A stretch of DNA of 36,327 nucleotides from Histomonas meleagridis 2922-C6/04-290x (taxonomy: Eukaryota > Protista > Parabasalia), in the NCBI GenBank assembly GCA_020184695.1, contig JAANOX010000044.1, positions 1 through 36,327 on the forward strand, in the 5' to 3' direction. Each line of letters starts with the position of its first letter. Position 1 is the stretch's first letter. Under the pieces are notes generated by a model. The model was not told the origin of the DNA. It saw only the letters and a list, made by a program, of their open reading frames with translations, and searched no databases. Shown here piece by piece: positions 11,228-20,825 of the stretch. Made by a program: the position numbers and the translations under genes.

Positions 11228-12793
11228 ATGATCGATTTGTGGGTTTCTTCTGCTGAAAATCTACCAAGCGCTGATCCTAATGGCCTTTCTGACCCATACA
11301 CAAACGTACAGTCCAAGGCATTCGGAGTTGAATATTTGTTAACAAAAACAGAAATCAAATTCAAAACATTGGATCCAGTATGGGATGGCGACTATTCCAA
11401 ACCATTACGCATTCCATTTGTTTGTGTCGATGATCTGGATTTAGAAATATATGATTATGACCGTTTTTCCAGTGACGATTATCTTGGAACTGTTAACTCA
11501 TTTTTCAAAGTTGAAAATAATGATAAAGAACTTAAGCTTCCCGTTAGTGTAAAGAAAGGAACCAAAGGCCCTCCAAGCATAACTATTAAGTATCGTCTTC
11601 CAACCCAAAACTTTCCATCAGATCAAAACATCAAAAAATATAATGTTATATATGCTTACCTTACATATTCATCCCCAGTGGCCTCTTCCAAAGGAGTTAG
11701 TCCAGTTCAACTTTCTGTATTCAATTATGAAAATTCAGAATTTTGCGTTAAACTTATGCCTTTATCAAACAGCAAACAGCCATTTTTCTACCCTTCAGAA
11801 AACGCAGCACATTATGGTCCCACAGGCTATACAAATGTTTACAAGTTTGTTCTTAAGAATATGAAAAAAGCAAATGAAATTTTTGTATTTACGGCCAAAT
11901 CTTCTGAGTACGAAGGCGATGTATCCCTTCATTTTGTAGCCGCAAATGAGACCAAGAAGAAAAATATGATTATATTCGATTACCAAAATTCCTTTAAGAT
12001 CATGAAATCATGCACAATTAGCATAACAAAGGACACTACCTCTACATTTCCTGTAAACATGGAACTAAAGAAGGGTGTTATATCATATGTTGATGCAAAT
12101 GTTTTGAGTTCTCCAAATGATAACATTGAAGAGCTTTTCAAAAACATAGGTCATTCCATTGATGAAAACAAACCATTTTGGCGTCGTCTTACCCTATATC
12201 ATGGCACAACAGTTTCGTTATCTTCAGCTGTTGATTTCCATCATGTTCAATTTCCGACTTCTATTGCTGTTGGCCTTGGGTGGGATACTGTCACTGATCT
12301 TGATGGTTCATGTATCATCTACAAGAAGTTAGATGATGGCAAATTCAAAGACATTGCCAAATGTTGTTATTCGAGCTTGAAAGTTTTGAAAGGCATTGTA
12401 AGGCACTCTGGTGATAACCTGACTGGTAAAGGCGATGGCGATGACGAAGTTATCACCATAAAACTTCAAGAACTTCCAGAAGAAGCAAAACTGTTGGCAA
12501 TAACCGTCACATCGTTTGGGGGTGTCCCGTTTAACCGCATTTCTGGCGGTTTTCTGAGGATAATGGATGCAAGAACTCATTTCGAATTAATGTATTTGCC
12601 ATTATCAAATCAACAGCAAAAAACGGGTTTAATATTTGCATTTTTGATAAAGGGAGATGATAATGTATGGGATTTGGTCCCATGTTTAAGATATGTCGAT
12701 GCAAAAACTCCACCAATTGTTAATGAGAAAGTGTTGGAACTGATTAATAATCAAGAACAATTTGAGGAATTAATGAACTTCCAAAATCAATAA
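11228..12793 (+). CDS. C2-domain protein fused to a C-terminal TerD/CABP1-like domain
   Basis: N-terminal SAENLPSADPNGLSDPY...KTLDPVW...LEIYDYDRFSSDDYLG is a C2 domain with Ca-binding Asps. C-terminal VGLGWD..DLDGS...HSGDNLTGKGDGDDEVITIKL..LP is TerD-like. Confidence 0.88.
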   Translation: MIDLWVSSAENLPSADPNGLSDPYTNVQSKAFGVEYLLTKTEIKFKTLDPVWDGDYSKPLRIPFVCVDDLDLEIYDYDRFSSDDYLGTVNSFFKVENNDKELKLPVSVKKGTKGPPSITIKYRLPTQNFPSDQNIKKYNVIYAYLTYSSPVASSKGVSPVQLSVFNYENSEFCVKLMPLSNSKQPFFYPSENAAHYGPTGYTNVYKFVLKNMKKANEIFVFTAKSSEYEGDVSLHFVAANETKKKNMIIFDYQNSFKIMKSCTISITKDTTSTFPVNMELKKGVISYVDANVLSSPNDNIEELFKNIGHSIDENKPFWRRLTLYHGTTVSLSSAVDFHHVQFPTSIAVGLGWDTVTDLDGSCIIYKKLDDGKFKDIAKCCYSSLKVLKGIVRHSGDNLTGKGDGDDEVITIKLQELPEEAKLLAITVTSFGGVPFNRISGGFLRIMDARTHFELMYLPLSNQQQKTGLIFAFLIKGDDNVWDLVPCLRYVDAKTPPIVNEKVLELINNQEQFEELMNFQNQ

Positions 12794-13230
12794 GTAAATA
12801 ATTTTATTTTTTTGAATAATATGTGAACAAGAAATAGAAACTTCGTTCCTTTAAATAATGATAATATTGTCAATGAAATGAAGAAATCAAATTCATTTTT
12901 TTATTATTATAATTGTTAAGTATATTGTACTCCACTAAAAATATTTTCTCAATGATAATTTTTTGATATAATTATTTATTGCAATAAATAATAATATTAA
13001 AATGAACTCTACAATTAAAAATCATATGTATACAAGGAAATTATTTGATCTCAACTCAGTTATAAAGATTTTTAAATCTGAAAATTTTAAAAACAGAATG
13101 ATGTTATGTAAATAAAATTCTTTTTATTATATACATTTTTACTTATTTTGGTTGAGATATCTTTGAGTAATTTTAACAACTTTAGAATACTGTTTAGAAG
13201 TTGCAACTTGTATAAGTTCTTAATGAAATA

Positions 13231-14540
13231 TAGGGGGTTTAAAAAGTCCTGACCCCACCCCCTTTTTTCGACATCTACTTGATCCATAAAAATGAACTTT
13301 ATATAAATAAAAACTACAATGAATGAACTCGATGTGTATTTTGTTGTTATTTAAAAATTTTGTACACTTGTTGAATTATAAGTGATTGAATTTTTTCTCC
13401 CGACTCAAAAACGCCACTTTTTCCACCACAAAATTTAATGGAAAAGTCGGAGCTCAAAATTGTTGTTAAATATTATCTTCTACAAGGAATGGGATATCGG
13501 TCAATTTACAAAGAAATAAATACTGCTCTTCCTGAAACTGATATATCACTTTCAAGCGTTAAACGATGGTGTAAAAAATTTTCTTCAGGTGACCTAAGTT
13601 GCAATAATTTACCAAGGAGCGGAAGGCCTACAATTAATGTAGCGGATCAAATTCGAGAAATGCTTGAAGAACAACCATTCTTATCAGCAAAATATATTGC
13701 ATCAGTTCTAGATCATTTTCCTACTGCTATTAAATCAGTTTTAATTAACGACCTTGGTTTAAAAAAGTATCGAAGAAGGTGGATCCCCCATATGCTATCG
13801 GAAGACGATAAGGAAAAAAGGGTTGAGTATCCCAAAGAAATTTTAAAGATATTAATCAAAGCTAGAGAAAACTTTTTTAATACAATTATGACTGGTGACG
13901 AGTCGTGGTTCTTTTATGAATATGAACATAAAAAAATGTATGCAGAATCACGTGATATGGTGCCACCGATAGTCTCTAAGAAAATTCTATCCAAAAAAAA
14001 AATGTTCACAATTTTCTTCAATGGGACGAAAATGCTTTGCATTGATGCATTACCATCTAATTACAAATTTAATCAGCAATATTTTATTAATTATATAATA
14101 CCACAATTTCACGAAAATGTTGATCATGACAAAAAACAACCACCTTTAAAAAATATAAAGATTCATATGGATAACTCCCCTATACATAATGGATCACTTG
14201 TTGCTAAAAAATTAAAAGAAGAAAAAATTAATAGAATTCCTCACCCACCTCATTCACCAGATCTAAGTCCATGTGATTTTTGGATTCTTGGAATGGCAAA
14301 GGAAAACCTAAAGGGTGTGGAGATAAATTCAGAAGAAGATTTAGAAAATGAAATTATACGCATATTCGACGGTGTCACTTTTGAAGAGCTTCAAATGGTG
14401 TTTGAAGCATGGATAAAAAGACTTGAATGGGTGATTAAGAATCATGGAGAGTACTACCATAAATAAAAGTTAATTAAAAAAATATATATTTTTTATTCAT
14501 CGAAAAAAGGGGGTGGGGTCAGAACTTTTTGGACCCCCTA
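13231..14540 (+). mobile_element. Full-length mariner (Tc1/mariner, DD34D) DNA transposon, 1310 bp
   Basis: 41-bp TIRs at 13231-13271 and 14500-14540 (38/41 identical), flanked by TA at 13229-30 and 14541-42, enclosing one transposase ORF. The boundary is ambiguous by 2 bp because the TIR itself starts with TA. Confidence 0.95.
13438..14466 (+). CDS. Mariner transposase, apparently intact
   Basis: N-terminal HTH region with PRSGRP, WIPH motif, TGDESW, HMDNSPIH and HPPHSPDLSPCDF. There are 34 residues between the second and third catalytic Asp. Confidence 0.95.
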   Translation: MEKSELKIVVKYYLLQGMGYRSIYKEINTALPETDISLSSVKRWCKKFSSGDLSCNNLPRSGRPTINVADQIREMLEEQPFLSAKYIASVLDHFPTAIKSVLINDLGLKKYRRRWIPHMLSEDDKEKRVEYPKEILKILIKARENFFNTIMTGDESWFFYEYEHKKMYAESRDMVPPIVSKKILSKKKMFTIFFNGTKMLCIDALPSNYKFNQQYFINYIIPQFHENVDHDKKQPPLKNIKIHMDNSPIHNGSLVAKKLKEEKINRIPHPPHSPDLSPCDFWILGMAKENLKGVEINSEEDLENEIIRIFDGVTFEELQMVFEAWIKRLEWVIKNHGEYYHK

Positions 14541-14619
14541 TAGTATATTTGAATTCCTTAAAAAGAATTGAAAATTAAGATGAATATACACTATTATAAA
14601 ATAAGCAAAAAAGCATTTT

Positions 14620-16031
14620 TTAATTTGACATTATTTTTTTAACTTGATGGGCGTCAAGAAGTAATTTAACTATTTCTGTGTAATCTTCTTCTGATGCACA
14701 AATTAGTGCAGTTTTAAGAAAATAAAATAATTTCCAAATATTAAAATAAAATATCATATAATTAAAATTAATTTTAAATTAGACTAACGAATATTTTTGA
14801 CATTAATATCAATTCTTTTTTGCTCTAGAAGAAGTTTTACTATTGCTGGATAACCATTTGAAGATGCATACATAAGTGCTGTGTTAAGATAACATAATGA
14901 ATTCCAACAATATTTTTGAAACATTAAACTGATGTTAAAAACTTCAAAGCCAATTGAGTTTAAAAATATAAATGTTTTGAAGTTACTATGTTTTAGGGAG
15001 ATAATTCCTAAATCTGATAAATCTTTAATTATGTTGTTTTTGTTTTCATAAAGATATTTAAATATATCATTTTTATGGAAAATAATCGCAGTTTCACATG
15101 AATCATCAAATGTTGAATGATTTTGTTCACATAAATGAATAATTTCTTCATTTCCGCCTGCAATTGCATATTTACCTGCATTTTCTACTTTTGCACCATT
15201 CATAAGTAAATATTTAAAACATTTAACTGATCCAAAAAATGCTGCATAATCAATTAATGTAACATTTTCTTCATTAATAAAAGAATATCTTTCATAAAGT
15301 GATGGTTCGATTATTTGATTGTAATCAAAATTTGTTTGTGATGATATTTCTTGAAGTTTTTCGATTTCATCTTTTCGAATTATTTGCGCTATTTCATTCG
15401 GATTATGTCCTTCTTTAACATATTTCTTATGAAGTTCCCAATCATTTTTTGAAAGTTCTTCAAAGATCAGAAAAAATTGTTCATAAAATTTATATTTACA
15501 TTTCTGAATCTCTTCTTTTGTATAATAATTTGCAAAATATAATGATTTCTTTTCTTCAATGAAATCTGGTTGAATGAGTTCATGTTCAATCATTTTTGAA
15601 AGTAAATAACATGATTCTTGTGATTTTAACTTAACTAAATAGCTCTTAAAAACATAAAATATTGGATAACTATGAATATTTTTTTCTTTTACTTCAATAT
15701 GTTTTAAAAAATTTAAGTATATTATTATTTTATATTTTTGTGATATAAATGCACTATAAATTAATATACTAATTAGATAATTAAATGAATAAGGAAAATT
15801 ATTGTCAAAAAATACAAATGCAGATTGAGATGATGATTGAATATTAGCCTCCGTTAATTTAAAAATAATATTTTCAAGTGTTTGTAGTGGATCTGTGTTC
15901 TTTTTTGAATATGATTTTCTTAAGTTAACCATAGGTAATCTTTGGCCCTTGTTTGTTGCTATTTTAGGTTTTAATATGGGTGCTTTTTGATGAGTATTCG
16001 AAGGAAATCTGTTAATTGGAGATTTTTTCAT
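14620..16031 (-). CDS. DUF3447-like ankyrin-repeat protein (locus A), with a further ankyrin block beyond the ORF stop
   Basis: ORF 14784-16031 has IRKDEIEKLQE, TLIDYAAFFGSVKCFKYLLMNG and YAIAGGNEEIIHLCE. After an 80-nt spacer (14713-14792) comes TALICASEEDYTEIVKLLLD... ending TAA at 14620. Confidence 0.8.
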
Positions 16032-16805
16032 ACAAAAGTGTCATTTTTTGTATAAAATATGAAAATTCAGAACATCAATTTGAAACAAAAAATTACTCAA
16101 ACATTCTGCTTATTTTTAGAAAATACAAGAGTAACTCCCAAAAACGCATAAAAGTTAATTTTTATTTTTCCATTATTTGTTTGTATTTCGTTGGAGAGAT
16201 AAATGCACTCCACATTTCTCCACATATCACTGCTGATTGAATTGCTAATACTAACACCAAACCGATCCCTAGTATTGATAATATCTGCATTTTCAACCAT
16301 GATAATAATGGTTTGGTCCAATGCAAGTATTTTTTGATTGTTTTTATTTTGATTTAAAATTATAGCACTCTCTGAATTATTATTCTCGCTTTTTGGTATA
16401 TGAATTGTAATTTTGAATTGCTCACTTTCATCATTATCGGTAAGTTTGTTGTTAATGCCTCTTTGTTTGGTGCAAGGTATCTATTTCAATATTCTTAAAT
16501 ATCTTTTTTTTTTATGTAATTGGAATAATTTGTGAGATTTGTTTTCATACAACTAGAACATACAGAATCATTATAAGTTTCTTTGTGAAGCTTGAAACTT
16601 ATGACGAAAATGATTTGCTTACACAAAATAATACAACAAAAAACTAATGAAATAATTTAATGGTTTACTTATATCTTAACACAAAATTGAATGTAAAAAT
16701 ACACAAAGTCTTCATGAAAACTGTAAAAATGAAAGGCTTAACAACACTTTAATAATAAACTATTGAATTAAAAGAAGCCGTTAATTCAAATATCGCTAAA
16801 TATTT

Positions 16806-19249
16806 ATGAATCATTTGAATCAAAAAAATAATCTTATTTTATTATTAAAAGACATCGAGTCAATTGTCTTTGACTTAAATGAAGATAATATTGAGCCAAA
16901 AGTTGAAAGTATTATGAATTTATTTGATATTAATTTACCATATTCATATAATTTGATCATTTCACGTTTAATATATAGATCTTTTATAGTTCAAAAGAAA
17001 GATATCAGAATATATTTATTATTCATAAATGCAATCAAGTCAAAAGAAGAATCAATTCAAGAAAATTATGATATAATTGAAGTTTTTACACATTTTCTTC
17101 TTCAATTAAATTCGCAAGAATCCTTTTATTTTTTAGAAAACATGATTGAAGAAAAATACATTTCTTCTAACGTAATTCAATCAAAAAATACATTATATTT
17201 TGCCCATTATTTTACTGAATCTAAAATCAATCAATTGAATATTTTTGAAACACCAGTTTTAAATTTCTTTAAAAATATTGAAGATCTTAAAAAAGACAAC
17301 TGGAAACTACACAAACAACTTATTAAAGAAGGTATTAATCCTATATCTATCATTAAAGCAATTCGTAACGATGATATTGATAAACTTCAAGAAATATCAT
17401 CACAAGATGATTTCGATTATAATCAAATTATTGAACCATCAATTTATGAATCGTTTTCTTTTATTAATGATAGTGATGTTTCATTAATTCATTATGCAGC
17501 ATTTTTCGGATCGATTAAATGTTTTAAATATTTGCTTATGAATGGTTCCAAATTAAATAATGTAAATAAATACGCAGTAGCAGGTGGGAATATAGAGATA
17601 ATTCATTTATGTGAACAAAATAATTGTAATTTTAAACAAGTTCATGAAATTGCTTTAGAATTTCATAGGAATAATCTCTTTGATTATTTTTATAAGAAAA
17701 AAGTGATTAAAGCTAAAGAACTTACTCAATTAGAAATTAAATGTATTAAAAATGATAATTATTCTTTGTTTGTTTCATTATTAGAAAAGAAAAAGTCAAA
17801 ATTTGATTTAAATATTGTTAATGAAACAGCAACAACAGGTAATATTTTTCTCATGAAATATTTCATGTATGATTATAAACTTCCAAAAAATATTTTAGCT
17901 TGTGCATCAGAATCAGGAAATTTAGAGTTAATGAAATTACTTCTTGAACAAAAAGGAATTGATATTAACTATGGAAGCATTTGATTTAATATTTTCGAAT
18001 TGAAAATTTTTATTTGGAATTTACTTAAATTAATTTATACTCCACTTATAATTGCATCTAAATATGGTCATATTGGATTGGTTAAATTACTTCTTGAACA
18101 AGAAGGAATTAATGTTAATGCAATGAATATTTTTTTATTTTGTTTAAAGTATTTTAATATTATATGATGTTTTTTTATTTAATTTGGTGAAACAGCTTTA
18201 ATTATGGCATCTAAAAATGGTAATATTGAAGTGGAAAAGATACTTTTAGAAAATGATGAGACTGAGATTGATGATAAAGATATTATTTTGTTTTTTTCAA
18301 AGTTTATAAAAATATTATATTATTATTTTATACTTCATGTTTTTTTGATTTGTTTGGTAAAAATGCATTAATGGTTGCTTCTGAACATGGGCATATAGAA
18401 ATAGTTAAATTGCTTCTTGAGCAAAATTTAATTGATATCAATGATCCTGACGTATTTTTTTATTATTTGCTTTCATGATTTCGACTTAATATTTGGAAGT
18501 TATTTAAAATATTTCAAACAGCTCTTATTATTGCATCAGAAAAAGGTAATTTAGAGATAGTTAAATTACTTCTAGCGCAAAATGGAATTGATATCAATAA
18601 AAAAGATAATTATTTATTTCATTTAAAACTTATTTAAAAATCTTTGGATTTCAAAATCATTTTTAAGATTTATTGTTATGACCTCGAACAGCTCTTATAT
18701 TAGCATCTTGGTTTGGTTATACAGAAATAGTTAAATTACTTCTTGAACAAGAAGGAATTGATATTAATGCTAAAGATATTTATTTGTTTTATTTTGGATT
18801 TATTTTAATAATTCTGTATTTTTAAATAATATTTGGAAATTATTTAAATTATTTAAAACAGCACTTATGAAAGCATCTGAATATGGTCATACAGAAATAG
18901 TTAAATTACTTCTTGAACAAGAAGGAATTAATATTAATGCTATAGATATTTATTTGTATTATTTAATATTTATTTTAATAATTTTATATTTGTAAATAAT
19001 ATTTAGAAATTGTTTAAATTATTTTATACAGCACTTATGTTAGCATCTCGATATGGTCATACAGAAATAGTTAAATTACTTCTTGAACAAGAAGGAATTG
19101 ATATTAATGCTAAAGATAGTATTTATTCTAATAATTTGATATTCCAAAATAATATTTGGAAATTATTTAAATTATTTGAGACAGCACTTATGATTGCATC
19201 TAGAAATGGTTATACAGAAATAGTCAAATTATTTCATAAGCACGAATGA
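16806..19249 (+). CDS. DUF3447-like ankyrin-repeat protein (locus B): N-terminal ORF plus 8 spacer-separated ankyrin blocks
   Basis: ORF 16806-17984 has SLIHYAAFFGSIKCFKYLLMNG and YAVAGGNIEIIHLCE. Blocks start at 18039, 18192, 18362, 18518, 18688, 18858, 19028 and 19181. Whether the whole span is one translated product is unresolved. Confidence 0.75.
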
Positions 19250-19399
19250 TTTGCCTCAAAACTCCAAAAATATATGGACTAAATTTAGGTGAATAAACAA
19301 TTAGATAAAATTGTCTAATATTTAAATATAAGCTAATTAATTTTTAAAGATATTCAAAAGATTTATAAATCAACCATAGTTTGTCAAAACCGGTAATTT

Positions 19400-20360
19400 A
19401 TGCGTTCTTCAAATGAACGTTTACCTCAAAAATAAAATAATCAAAAAGACGTATCGTTATCTATAGACATGCACAAGACTCTTTGTGTAATTGGACCATT
19501 AAAAGAAATAACAACAGAAAACAAAACAAACAAAGGATCACTTAAATTGTAGTTCAAGATAATTGAACCAAAATTTATTGGAAAATTTTTAGTGATAATA
19601 ATTCTTATTATCTTAATATTTCTGATGATGAAAAAGAAGATTTTCACGCAAATGAGTTCAATTCTTATGGGTCATTTACAACTTCACATCAGTCATTTGA
19701 TTTTCTTACTCTTTCTGAAAATCCATTTTCAATAACATTAACTCTCAAAGATTCTTCACAGTCTCGAAATTTTATTTTTACTGGAGACCAATTATTTCTT
19801 GTTTCTGTATTTATAGAAAAACTTCTATATTTTGGCATAGGTGTTCCAACTTATGAAAAGCCATACTCTATTCGTTTTTGCGATGGACCCAATGAGCCCA
19901 ATATCCAATCTTCGCCTGATATTCCAATTGAAGTTTTCGATGTTAATGATTTAAACACCTTATGGATAAATATCCAAACGTTTTATCTTAATTTTTTCAA
20001 AGATATCTCAACTCATGATCTCTTACATCATCTTATCCATATTCCATTCTTTCTAACACATATAATAAACTTTTATTTTCCTAAATTAATTCCACCATTT
20101 CACAATATTATACACACTCACGTATTACACTTAATGAATTCGAATCTTTTTTCGATAATTCCACAGGTAAACTTAAAGAACCGGAGAAATTTATGAGACG
20201 CATTTATTTTTCAGGTGTTGAAACAGAAATCTTATCAAAAGCGCTTCCACTCATTTTATGTCTTTATCCACTTACGAGTACATTCGATGAACGTAATCAA
20301 ATTGATATTCTTTGCGCCAACGAATTTAACATTATCTTAAATCATCAAATACGTGTGGGT
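19400..20360 (+). pseudogene. Degenerate, 3'-truncated TBC1D15/17 (Gyp7)-like Rab-GAP gene
   Basis: Pieces across frames from ATG 19400 (with internal TAA/TAG), a long start-less open frame 19567-20196, and then ITLNEFESFFDNSTGKLKEPEKFMRRIYFSGVETEILSKALPLILCLYPLTSTFDER, which resembles the start of the Gyp7/TBC1D15 TBC domain. Similarity ends near 20350. Confidence 0.55.
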
Positions 20361-20364
20361 ATTA

Positions 20365-20481
20365 CTCATCGGCGAACGTTAGGTGCAACTCTTACACATT
20401 CACGTAATTGCAACTCTTACACATTCACGTAATTAGTTGTATGACCTGATTTTACTGTCTCATCGGCGAACGTTAGATGCA
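20365..20481. repeat. Nested short direct repeats
   Basis: ctcatcggcgaacgttag(g/a)tgca at 20365-20387 and 20459-20481. Tandem 25-mer tgcaactcttacacattcacgtaat at 20384-20408 and 20409-20433. Confidence 0.9.
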
Positions 20482-20825
20482 TGCCAAGTAAGCAAAAGTG
20501 GATATTCACCTTCTCGATAGACATTTTTCTGAATGACTTTTTGTGAAGAAAGTAAATTGATAGCATTAAGAAATTTCAGAGACATTCAAAATTCATAATC
20601 ATCGTTCATTGAAAATTGAATTAATTGAAAAATTGAGAGGTTTCCTCTGAATTGGAAGCCACGCTCTGCATCCCCAGTAAATTTACTTTTTGTGTAAGTC
20701 CGTCTTTTATCAAATTTATTTCGAGAATTTTGTAAACACAAATTCTTCTTTAAATTGTTTTATTTGAGGGTTACTATACTCAATTTATTATTTGTAAAAC
20801 ATATGGTCCATTAAATATTTACTAG

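Noticed and set aside
18452-18521. Canonical GT..AG intron in the ankyrin spacer (gtattt...aaacag)
   Set aside because: Removing these 70 nt puts the next block out of frame. Only this spacer starts with GT, several blocks lack the ACAG, and there is no ACTAAC branch point.
20365-20481. Mini-CRISPR from the 23-bp direct repeats
   Set aside because: There are only two copies, and the intervening sequence is itself a tandem duplication.
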